DNA of 38,997 nt from a virus. Position numbers and translations under genes: made by a program. The DNA lies in IMG/VR virus record IMGVR_UViG_3300029571_000023, positions 1 to 38,997 of that record; one strand, written 5' to 3'. Below the pieces are notes generated by a model. The model saw only the letters and a list, made by a program, of their open reading frames with translations. It did no database searches and was not told where the DNA came from. Numbering within the stretch: position 1 is the first letter of the stretch; each line of letters opens with the position of its first letter. Below are positions 25,423-31,907 of the stretch, one piece after another.

Positions 25423-25815
25423 TTATGTTCGGAACCAACCGATATTTGGGGTCAGGATATCGACCGCAAAAAGAAGGAATATAAACGCAGTAAGGCAGAC
25501 GCAGACAACGAAGAAACGTTTGTTCCAGCGCTCCTTCCGCGCAATGGCGCGTTGCAGATCGTCAATACGTGTCTCGTAAAGCTCGCCTTTCGTGCGCTCG
25601 CACATGCCTCCTGCATGCTGCGCAGCATCCGCGCCGACGCCGAGCGCGTCGCAGATGGCGGTAATTGTAGAAGCAGATGCGTTTGAGCCTTTTGAGGAAA
25701 GGACGCGCGAGACGGTTGACTCAGAAATTTGTGCAAGTTGCGCAAGGTCCTTGTTTGTTAGGTTTTCCTCCTCCATTTTGGCAATACATCTGGATATCAG
25801 CTGCTCAAAATCCAT
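25423..25815 (-). CDS. XRE-family HTH regulator with a C-terminal transmembrane anchor
   Basis: 130 aa. LTNKDLAQLAQISESTVSRVL (HTH), a coiled segment, then FFVVCVCLTAFIFLLFAVDIL (TM). No SD before the ATG. Confidence 0.6.
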   Translation of the reverse strand: MDFEQLISRCIAKMEEENLTNKDLAQLAQISESTVSRVLSSKGSNASASTITAICDALGVGADAAQHAGGMCERTKGELYETRIDDLQRAIARKERWNKRFFVVCVCLTAFIFLLFAVDILTPNIGWFRT

Positions 25816-25816
25816 G

Positions 25817-25905
25817 ATTTCACGACGCTTTCATAAATTTCACCAGGAATTGCAGATATATTTTACAGATTTCACCAAATTGCAAAAATGTAGATTGCAT
25901 TTCAC
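25817..25905. repeat. 4 x ATTTCAC and 3 x ATTGCA motifs in the regulator's upstream region (candidate operators)
   Basis: ATTTCAC at 25817, 25837, 25869 and 25899. ATTGCA at about 25849, 25879 and 25894. Confidence 0.5.
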
Positions 25906-25963
25906 GGCGCGCGGGGGTACGGTTGAGGCGTAGGGACGGCTCCCACCGCCTGCACAAACCAAA

Positions 25964-25995
25964 GCCCGCGTCGTTTTTCGGCAAGCGGCGCGGGC
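25964..25995 (-). terminator. Terminator of the BRCT gene
   Basis: On the minus strand: GCCCGCG..loop..CGCGGGC followed by TTTGGTTTG. Confidence 0.5.
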
Positions 25996-26005
25996 ATCAA
26001 CTAAG

Positions 26006-26935
26006 TCAATCACCATTCTCGCCGAGCGGAGAGTCCCATACAGCATCCCAAAAATCCGTCTCGTTTATGATCTGGACTTTTCCGCCGGCGCGCCGCACGG
26101 ACATTGCCGCCTCAATCTTGCGCCCATAGCAGGAGTAAGCCCAGCACGGATTGCCAGCATTGCCGACAATCAAATAGTCGGTTTTGCGTGAGACGTTGGA
26201 GATAAATGTACCACCGAGCCGCTCAATTTCCTCGACAATTTCCTTGCGCGTGGCTCTGTATGACTCGCCGGTAAAGCAAAAGACTTTCCCGTCAAATGTA
26301 AGGTCCGGGCAATAGGCGCAAATGCCATCAATGGAGTATTTTTTTCGCAAAGCCTCAAAATCCGGCTCGTGCAGGTTTATGGAGTCTTTAAAGTCGACCA
26401 CATTGCTGCAAAACGCGAGAAGGGAGTTGCGCTCGTCAGCGGTTATGACTCCATCCTCAAGGATTGTGTGCAGGAGCGAGTTTAGCTCGTCAAATGGATA
26501 TGTGCCTTGCAGGTAGTCGTTCGAGGTGAGCCAATCGGACAGGGTGCGGATCTCTTTATCGCTGATGTCAGAATCCGCCATGATACCGTGAATCATGCCA
26601 TGCAAAAATTGCACGGACGAAGTGACGATATTATAGTAGCTGGAGTTGTCGGCAAAATTACCACAAAGCCAAAGGATGTTTTGACGCTCGTCGTCGTCGA
26701 TACGATCATCCTTGATCGCCTCCTCAATTATAGGGATAAGCTCCGAAAACGGGTGACGATCGCGCAGATTCGCATGAATAAGGCACCAATTGGCAAGCTC
26801 GCTTACCTCGGCGGTGCTGACATCGCCGCTGGAAGAAATACCAGCTACAATGCCGCGAAGCATATTGATCGCCTTGTGCAGCTCGGCAGGCTTCGTAAAC
26901 TGACGGTATTCGTCCGGATTTTTGATCTGAGACAT
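26006..26935 (-). CDS. Two TerB-like helical repeats + C-terminal BRCT domain protein
   Basis: 309 aa. Internal duplication: LRGIVAGISSSGDVSTAEVSELANW..PFSELIP..DDDERQNILWLC versus LHGMIHGIMADSDISDKEIRTLSDWL..PFDELNS..TADERNSLLAFC. C-terminus KVFCFTGESYRATRKEIVEEIERLGGTFISNVSRKTDYLIVGN.. is LigA-type BRCT-like. Own TATAAT at 26971-26976. Confidence 0.65.
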   Translation of the reverse strand: MSQIKNPDEYRQFTKPAELHKAINMLRGIVAGISSSGDVSTAEVSELANWCLIHANLRDRHPFSELIPIIEEAIKDDRIDDDERQNILWLCGNFADNSSYYNIVTSSVQFLHGMIHGIMADSDISDKEIRTLSDWLTSNDYLQGTYPFDELNSLLHTILEDGVITADERNSLLAFCSNVVDFKDSINLHEPDFEALRKKYSIDGICAYCPDLTFDGKVFCFTGESYRATRKEIVEEIERLGGTFISNVSRKTDYLIVGNAGNPCWAYSCYGRKIEAAMSVRRAGGKVQIINETDFWDAVWDSPLGENGD

Positions 26936-27069
26936 GGATAGAACCTCTCAAAGTACGCAATTTTGTGCGGATTATACTGCCTATAGGGGCTTATTTATAT
27001 CGTAAGCCAGATGGCAAAAAGAAGCAATGGCAAATGTGAACAAAAAATGAAGGAAATTTTTGTGGAGGA

Positions 27070-27192
27070 ATGGAGGACGAAGTGGAAAACACGGAAGAAT
27101 ACGTCATTGGAGAGATCAAGCGCTTGTTGGAGCGGGCAACGCCGGACCAGCTGATTATTATACTGCGGATTCTGCAAAACATCGTAAAATAA
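27070..27192 (+). CDS. Possible 40-aa acidic helical micro-protein
   Basis: MEDEVENTEEYVIGEIKRLLERATPDQLIIILRILQNIVK*. Protein-like composition, but the SD spacing is poor (GGAGGA directly abuts the ATG). Confidence 0.25.
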   Translation: MEDEVENTEEYVIGEIKRLLERATPDQLIIILRILQNIVK

Positions 27193-27194
27193 GC

Positions 27195-27218
27195 GCCGGA
27201 GCGGGAAACCGTTCCGGC
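27195..27218 (-). terminator. Hairpin downstream of the toxin gene
   Basis: GCCGGAGCGG-GAAA-CCGTTCCGGC. On the minus strand it is followed by GCTTATTTT. Confidence 0.45.
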
Positions 27219-27224
27219 GAAAAC

Positions 27225-27704
27225 CTACAGACCAAGAAGTTGTTTTTCAATTTCGGCAATATCCGGGAAAACAAGGCGGGCACCTTTGCGCTGCAAGGCG
27301 AGCAGTTTCCGCGCCCGCTTTGAAAGCTCGGCTTCTAGCGCCGCGTCTACGCGGACAGGAAGGCTGGTGCGCGCATCTATGTACTCGCCGGAAATATAGC
27401 GTTCCGTAACGGGACACATGTTTTGGAGCAGAAACGCCTTTTTGCGACCAAGGACTTCGCCAAAAAGGATGGTGTCGCATTTCCCGTAGCGCTGGACCTT
27501 CTTCTGGTAAATAGCCTCGAACTTTTCAACGCGGGAAGAAATCGGAATCAGCCAGAATAGCCGGGTAGCTTCGTCGAAGAAAGCGTAAAAGCACGGACGA
27601 CCGTGCGGAACGCCGTTTACTGGCTCCTTGTTTTGCATAAGCCCTTCGCTCGGGACATCTTGATAATATGCGTCCGACAGAAAATAGAAGTGACCGATCT
27701 CCAT
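27225..27704 (-). CDS. Type III toxin, ToxN/AbiQ/CptN-like endoribonuclease
   Basis: ATG 27704 after GGAGAG, 159 aa. MEIGHFYFLSDAYYQDVPSEGLMQNKEPVNGVPHGRPCFYAFFDEATRLFWLIPISSRVEKF..KKAFLLQNMCPVTERYI follows the ToxN/AbiQ layout (FY..s..Y, RP, W.aPlSS.K, lNM.Pv). The track start 27893 runs across the repeats. Confidence 0.7.
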   Translation of the reverse strand: MEIGHFYFLSDAYYQDVPSEGLMQNKEPVNGVPHGRPCFYAFFDEATRLFWLIPISSRVEKFEAIYQKKVQRYGKCDTILFGEVLGRKKAFLLQNMCPVTERYISGEYIDARTSLPVRVDAALEAELSKRARKLLALQRKGARLVFPDIAEIEKQLLGL

Positions 27705-27721
27705 ATATCTCTCCAAGAAAA

Positions 27722-27747
27722 AAGGCTCTGCCGGACGGCAAAGCCTT
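27722..27747 (-). terminator. Terminator/attenuator between the antitoxin repeats and the toxin gene
   Basis: 11-bp stem (one mismatch) AAGGCTTTGCC-GTCC-GGCAGAGCCTT followed by U6 on the minus strand. This is the ToxIN-type layout. Confidence 0.7.
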
Positions 27748-27754
27748 ATAATTT

Positions 27755-27846
27755 GCGCTCGCCAATATTTCAGTTGCATAGCGAGAAGCAACAAACATTT
27801 GGACTCGCCGTTATTTGAGTTGCATAGCGAGAAGCAACAAACATTT
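27755..27846 (-). ncRNA. Type III antitoxin RNA candidate: 2 x 46-nt tandem repeats
   Basis: Units 27755-27800 and 27801-27846 are 41/46 identical, with the last 29 nt identical. Minus-strand unit: AAAUGUUUGUUGCUUCUCGCUAUGCAACU(C/G)AAAUA... It contains an internal GUUGC/GCAAC hairpin. Confidence 0.75.
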
Positions 27847-27866
27847 GCAGATGATCTCTCATCTGC
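27847..27866. promoter_or_regulatory. Perfect palindrome GCAGATGA-TCTC-TCATCTGC at the predicted TSS
   Basis: Read directly. It lies between the -10 element and the first repeat unit. Confidence 0.5.
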
Positions 27867-27870
27867 CTCT

Positions 27871-27899
27871 AGTATATGCCACACGGTCAACAATGTAAA
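27871..27899 (-). promoter_or_regulatory. Promoter of the type III locus: TTTACA-17 nt-TATACT
   Basis: Minus strand: TTTACA (27894-27899), a 17-nt spacer, TATACT (27871-27876). Confidence 0.6.
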
Positions 27900-27990
27900 C
27901 TCGGAATGTTGTACGAAAAAACAAGCGAAAATTTTGATAAATCACAGATTTATTTACAATTCTGATACACATGAAAAACACCGGAGACGA

Positions 27991-28374
27991 TTATTCGTCC
28001 CCGGGCTTTTTTTGCAACTCTCCGACAAAAGCTTCGATTGCTGCCCACTTTTCAGGCGGCAGCGCCATCAAAAGCGAAATGAAGCGTTTGCGGAAGGAGT
28101 CGTCTGCGTCGGACATGATGTCCGTAACCAGAACGGCAAGTTCCTCATTCACACTGCGCTGCACGTACATTTCCCCGACGCCGTTTTCCAGCCATGCGAG
28201 AGAAACGTTAAATTCTCGGCAAATATCTGAAATCGTTCGCTCAGTTGGGATATACGTACCGGAGCATATCCTTGAAACGTGAGCCTGCGTCAAATGAATG
28301 CGGTCTGCAAATTTGGACTGTGTCAAACCTTGATCTTTGATTATAAACGCAATGCGCTCATTGATAGTATTCAC
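27991..28374 (-). CDS. CI-like XRE-family repressor
   Basis: GTG 28374, 8 nt after AAGGAGG. INERIAFIIKDQGLTQSKFADRIHLTQAHVSRICSG (HTH) plus a C-terminal helical domain. Divergent from a plus-strand promoter. Confidence 0.7.
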   Translation of the reverse strand: MNTINERIAFIIKDQGLTQSKFADRIHLTQAHVSRICSGTYIPTERTISDICREFNVSLAWLENGVGEMYVQRSVNEELAVLVTDIMSDADDSFRKRFISLLMALPPEKWAAIEAFVGELQKKPGDE

Positions 28375-28433
28375 AAAACCGACCTCCTTGTAGTTATAGG
28401 TTATCACATGGAGGAATAATTGTCAATCAAAAA

Positions 28434-28479
28434 ATATACGAAACGAATAAAATTATGCTTGACAATATACGTAGCGTAT
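28434..28479. promoter_or_regulatory. Two operator-like half-palindromic sites ATATACG-N3-CG(A/T)AT, 31 bp apart
   Basis: ATATACGAAACGAAT (28434-28448) and ATATACGTAGCGTAT (28465-28479). The second fills the spacer of the rightward promoter. Confidence 0.45.
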
Positions 28480-28487
28480 GTTAAAGT
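28459..28487 (+). promoter_or_regulatory. Rightward (early) promoter TTGACA-17 nt-TAAAGT
   Basis: Read directly in the divergent region next to the repressor gene. Confidence 0.55.
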
Positions 28488-28524
28488 ATACACAGCGAAT
28501 ACGACAAGCGAGGTGAACACAAGG

Positions 28525-28725
28525 ATGGAGGGCGTTGTGAAGTTTGGCGCGGCATGCATGCTTGCTATCGGGTATCTTTCGATCTGGTTCCTGCCAAAAG
28601 CGGCGACGGAGGCTGCAATGAAAGACAGGAACCATGCGAAAGAGACCTTGATGCAATGGCTGATGTGCTTAATGTCTATCGCGCTCGCATATTTGCTTTC
28701 GCTTCTGCTCCACGCAGAAATATAG
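28525..28725 (+). CDS. Small 2-TM membrane protein
   Basis: 66 aa from ATG 28525 (GAGGTG 9 nt upstream). TMs FGAACMLAIGYLSIWFL and LMCLMSIALAYLLSLLL. The 3' end overlaps the convergent gene by 57 nt. Confidence 0.4.
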   Translation: MEGVVKFGAACMLAIGYLSIWFLPKAATEAAMKDRNHAKETLMQWLMCLMSIALAYLLSLLLHAEI

Positions 28726-29067
28726 AGCGTTTCTTATGCTGTCAACGCTATCGCCATTGTCGATGTGGGCGCAAAGAACGTCAAGGCAGTCTCCGAGTTT
28801 GCCGGTTTGCGTAGCGAGAACTGCGGAAACCGCGCAGGATGCAGCTGCACGTTTTTCTACATTGTCGGGCGAGTAAGTAAACAGCACAACCGCGCGCGCC
28901 ATCTCAGAGAAAGCATTGTCACCGGAAACAACATCGTCACGGCTCCATTGTAAGCGAAGCTTCGCGGCTTCTTTGGCGGATGTCACGCGAGCAATCAGCA
29001 ACGATAGCGCCCCGGACGATACGACACCGGCAAGCGAGATTAGCGCGCAGGCAACAGGATCAGACAT
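28669..29067 (-). CDS. Membrane-anchored 132-aa protein (candidate superinfection-exclusion/immunity factor)
   Basis: ATG 29067, 7 nt after AAAGGAGG. MSDPVACALISLAGVVSSGALSLLIARV (TM) plus a soluble domain. It is the only credible part of the 556-aa antisense track ORF. Confidence 0.55.
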   Translation of the reverse strand: MSDPVACALISLAGVVSSGALSLLIARVTSAKEAAKLRLQWSRDDVVSGDNAFSEMARAVVLFTYSPDNVEKRAAASCAVSAVLATQTGKLGDCLDVLCAHIDNGDSVDSIRNALYFCVEQKRKQICERDRH

Positions 29068-29149
29068 ACAGACACCTCCTTTCAACCAGAGTTTAGCACA
29101 CAGGCGAAACGGGGGCAAGACCAGAGAATGATAAGAAAGGGTGAGAAAA

Positions 29150-29299
29150 ATGTCGGAAGAACAGAAGAGGCAGGCTGAAAAGCTCACAACCGAAATGAAT
29201 AAGCTGACGCCGGAGATGCGCGAAAAGGCACTGATCTTTATGCAGGGCATGGCGGCAATGGCGCAGCCGGTCAAGCAGGACGAGCAGAAGGAGGCGTGA
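29150..29299 (+). CDS. 49-aa early protein
   Basis: MSEEQKRQAEKLTTEMNKLTPEMREKALIFMQGMAAMAQPVKQDEQKEA*. Its stop is coupled to the next start. Absent from the track (shorter than 60 aa). Confidence 0.45.
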   Translation: MSEEQKRQAEKLTTEMNKLTPEMREKALIFMQGMAAMAQPVKQDEQKEA

Positions 29300-29301
29300 A
29301 A

Positions 29302-29493
29302 ATGGCAACAGAAAAGCTGGAAACCTTCGCCGTCCGCATTCTGGAACGAATGGGGAACTGGGAACAGTGGGCAGCGACACGCGAGAAATATAGGAAGGCG
29401 CTGAAACGCGCCGCTCTGCTGGAACAGAACGGCGCGAAGAGCGTGACCTTGCATTTTAGCGGAAAGACGGCAGCGCCTCGTCAAGAAGCTTGA
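29302..29493 (+). CDS. Hypothetical early protein
   Basis: ATG 8 nt after GGAGG. 63 aa. Confidence 0.5.
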   Translation: MATEKLETFAVRILERMGNWEQWAATREKYRKALKRAALLEQNGAKSVTLHFSGKTAAPRQEA

Positions 29494-29546
29494 GGGTATC
29501 CGGGGAAACGTCATCCGGGAGGAAAGGGCAACAGGAGGAAAGGAAA

Positions 29547-29762
29547 ATGCAGGAACAGAGGAAAAGCATGGAGCAGCAGCTGGCAGAGCTTCTGACACGG
29601 GATTGCAAAGAAGCTCTGGAGGCAATCGCAGAGGAAACCGGCTACACAGCCGACGAATTAAAGCCGCTCTGGCAGGAATGGCTGGATACGCAGTACGGCG
29701 AGAAATCGGTGATGGCAATTGCAAGGGATTTTGTAGGTGTCGCGCTGGAACACGATTTGTAA
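29547..29762 (+). CDS. Hypothetical early protein
   Basis: ATG after AGGAGGAAAGG. 71 aa, acidic and helical. Confidence 0.5.
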   Translation: MQEQRKSMEQQLAELLTRDCKEALEAIAEETGYTADELKPLWQEWLDTQYGEKSVMAIARDFVGVALEHDL

Positions 29763-29778
29763 GGAGGCGTGAGGAACC

Positions 29779-29988
29779 ATGCGTGAGGCGGAGGGCTATC
29801 GTCCGCAGCTGGAGCTGCTGACGGACATGTTCCCGGGGCGGGCGGCGATCACGGTCAACGAGTGCCAGAGCGCGCTCGGCATTGACCGGCGGACGCTGCT
29901 TGCCGAGCGCGAATTTCCGGCGCGGAAGATCGGCGGCAAGTACGCGGTGCCGTTGACCGAGCTGGCGCGCTGGCTGACGAGGAAATGA
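29779..29988 (+). CDS. Excisionase/MerR-type HTH DNA-binding protein
   Basis: ..ITVNECQSALGIDRRTLLAEREFPARKIGGKYAVPLTELARWL is an excisionase-family HTH pattern. Confidence 0.55.
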   Translation: MREAEGYRPQLELLTDMFPGRAAITVNECQSALGIDRRTLLAEREFPARKIGGKYAVPLTELARWLTRK

Positions 29989-30006
29989 TAGGAAGGGACA
30001 GGAACG

Positions 30007-30240
30007 ATGGCTGATTTTTTGAGATTTTTTGACGATATCGTCAAGCGGGTCCCGATGCACCTTGAGATCACCTATAGCAAGGTAACAGACTGGGGCGTCC
30101 GGATTTACCGAAAAGGCTGCAACGCTGACGGCTCGGACATGGAGATTGTAGGCGTCCAGTGCTGCGACATGGAGCTGTGCTTCGCGACGGCGCAGGTAAA
30201 ACTCAAAAACTGGCTTCTGGACACAGAGGGAGGATATTGA
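30007..30240 (+). CDS. Hypothetical early protein
   Basis: 77-aa ORF preceded by an SD. Confidence 0.45.
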   Translation: MADFLRFFDDIVKRVPMHLEITYSKVTDWGVRIYRKGCNADGSDMEIVGVQCCDMELCFATAQVKLKNWLLDTEGGY

Positions 30241-30242
30241 AT

Positions 30243-30464
30243 ATGGCGAAGAAACTACACGTCGAAATCGGCATTGACGGTGAAACGTCAATATCAAGAA
30301 TTGAGGGCAGCGGCGGTGATTTGATCGCCGCAGCAGCATTTGCGGTCAATGCGTTTTACAGAGCTTTTGCAAAAAATAGCGAAGAAGATGCCAGAGGCTT
30401 TAAATTTCTCATGCAGAAAATGGTTGCAGAAGATGATTCCGTGATCTGGTCAAAGACGATTTGA
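30243..30464 (+). CDS. Hypothetical early protein
   Basis: ATG 30243 after GGGAGGA. 73 aa. Confidence 0.45.
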   Translation: MAKKLHVEIGIDGETSISRIEGSGGDLIAAAAFAVNAFYRAFAKNSEEDARGFKFLMQKMVAEDDSVIWSKTI

Positions 30465-30477
30465 GGAGGGACACACC

Positions 30478-30714
30478 ATGAGAACGAACCTTGCGCGAGT
30501 AGAACCGGAAGAAACCACGCGGGAGCGCCGGGCGCGGCTGCGGGAGGAAATGCAGTACCGGAGGGCGCTGCGGCTGATCGTGAAGACCTGCTGCATCTGG
30601 CTGGGCGGGGCGGCGTATGTCCTCGCGGTGATTGCCGGATACGGGCATATGATGGACGTCGCTGCCGTGACAGGCGCAATCGCAATCGGCTTGTCGGTCT
30701 ACGGGGCAATGTGA
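30478..30714 (+). CDS. Small membrane protein (2 TM)
   Basis: SD GAGGAGGG. Basic N-terminus and hydrophobic C-terminal half. Confidence 0.5.
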   Translation: MRTNLARVEPEETTRERRARLREEMQYRRALRLIVKTCCIWLGGAAYVLAVIAGYGHMMDVAAVTGAIAIGLSVYGAM

Positions 30715-30715
30715 T

Positions 30716-30931
30716 ATGGACGAGCGGATCACAGTCAGGTTTCGTCCAGAGCAGCTGGACGACGTAATTGACGCGCTGTTTGCCTACGCAGACGATTGCG
30801 TCAATGATCGCGAGATCCTGCTCAAAATGCCGCGCGTGGACCGGGAAACGGTGAATGATCTGGCGCGGCGGGAGACGCAGCTAAACAAGCTGGGCAGATG
30901 GCTCCAGCACGTGAAGGAAGAGGCAGAATGA
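30716..30931 (+). CDS. Hypothetical early protein
   Basis: 71 aa, translationally coupled to its neighbours. Confidence 0.45.
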   Translation: MDERITVRFRPEQLDDVIDALFAYADDCVNDREILLKMPRVDRETVNDLARRETQLNKLGRWLQHVKEEAE

Positions 30932-31173
30932 TGCCGAATCTAACGCCGCGATTGCGCCGGATCAAGCCGCCATGCGGCAGATTCTGCCCAGCCAGGATGG
31001 CGGGATGCAGCACCATGTGCTGCAACTGGACGCTCTATGAGAGCATCCGGAACTATCTCTACGTGGAAAACGGACAGGCGCGGAAAAATTTAGAGTTAGA
31101 TCTTGCGGCACAGAAGCAGATAAACCGTGCGGACAATCAGGTGAGGAGGCGCAAACACTATGGCGCGAAATAA
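30928..31173 (+). CDS. Cys-rich hypothetical protein
   Basis: ATG 30928 (ATGA overlap). CGRFCPARMAGCSTMCC. Confidence 0.45.
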   Translation: MMPNLTPRLRRIKPPCGRFCPARMAGCSTMCCNWTLYESIRNYLYVENGQARKNLELDLAAQKQINRADNQVRRRKHYGAK

Positions 31174-31408
31174 TATCGACTACAACGGCGAGCGGGAAAA
31201 CCGCCATCCTGCCGTAATTGCGCAGGCAGGATACACCGGGAAAAACCACTACGCCGTGACATACAGCGGACAGACGGTCTTTGTCCGCGCTTCGGACGAG
31301 CTTGCCGCGCTGTTTACGGCGGCAAAGCACTGGGGCTATAAATTTACCCGCCCCGAGTACCACCAGAACGCAGTCGCCAGAAAACTGCACTACACGCCGG
31401 GGCTTTGA
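31160..31408 (+). CDS. Hypothetical early protein
   Basis: 82 aa, SD GAGGAGG. Confidence 0.45.
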   Translation: MARNNIDYNGERENRHPAVIAQAGYTGKNHYAVTYSGQTVFVRASDELAALFTAAKHWGYKFTRPEYHQNAVARKLHYTPGL

Positions 31409-31424
31409 GGGGAGGCGCGGAGGT

Positions 31425-31868
31425 ATGCTGACGCATCTGAGCCTGTTTACCGGGATCGGCGGGCTGGATCTGGCTGCCGAGTGGGCAGGATTTACAACCA
31501 TCGGGCAGTGTGAGTTTGCCGACTACCAAACAAAGGTGCTGGAAAAGCACTGGCCGGACGTGCCGCGCTGGCGGGACATCCGGACATTGACAAAGGAGAG
31601 TTTTTATGAGCGCACAGGATTGCGAACAGTTGACGTTATTTCCGGGGGATTCCCCTGCCAGCCCTTTTCCGTGGCTGGAAAGCAAAAGGGAAAAGAAGAC
31701 GATCGTTACCTCTGGCCGGAGATGCTCCGAGTTATCCGAGAGCTGCGCCCGCGCTGCGTTGTCGGTGAGAACGTACCTGGAATCATCAAGATTGCCGCCG
31801 GGCAAGTGGTCAAGGATTTGGAGCGTGCAGGCTATCACGTCGTCGTGTTTAATTTTGAAGCTGCGGCT
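31425..31868 (+). pseudogene. N-terminal half of a DNA (cytosine-5) methyltransferase (motifs I-VI only)
   Basis: LFTGIGG (I), GGFPCQPFS (IV), GENVPG (VI). Similarity ends at ..VVFNFEAAA, just before the expected QxRxR. No TRD or motifs VIII-X. The frame runs on into an unrelated sequence. Confidence 0.6.
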
Positions 31869-31907
31869 TCTCGGATCTGTTTGAGATCCGGAAGGGAGGC
31901 GGCGCGG

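Noticed and set aside
27755-27846. CRISPR array interpretation of the 46-nt repeats
   Set aside because: There are only two units, directly abutting with no spacers, and no cas genes. The promoter-repeats-terminator-toxin layout fits a type III antitoxin instead.
27975-28008. Plus-strand terminator (CCGGAGACG-N6-CGTCCCCGG + T7) overlapping the CI-like gene 3' end
   Set aside because: The T-run and part of the stem encode the repressor C-terminus (..ELQKKPGDE) on the other strand. No plus-strand transcription unit ends here, so the function is uncertain and it is not called.
29068-30339. N-terminal 424 codons of the 556-aa minus-strand ORF (28669..30339)
   Set aside because: It is antisense to a run of SD-preceded, start/stop-coupled plus-strand genes. 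Its composition is R/P/S/L-rich and unlike real protein, and it has no SD at 30339. This is the long antisense-ORF artefact typical of high-GC DNA. Only the last 132 codons are retained.
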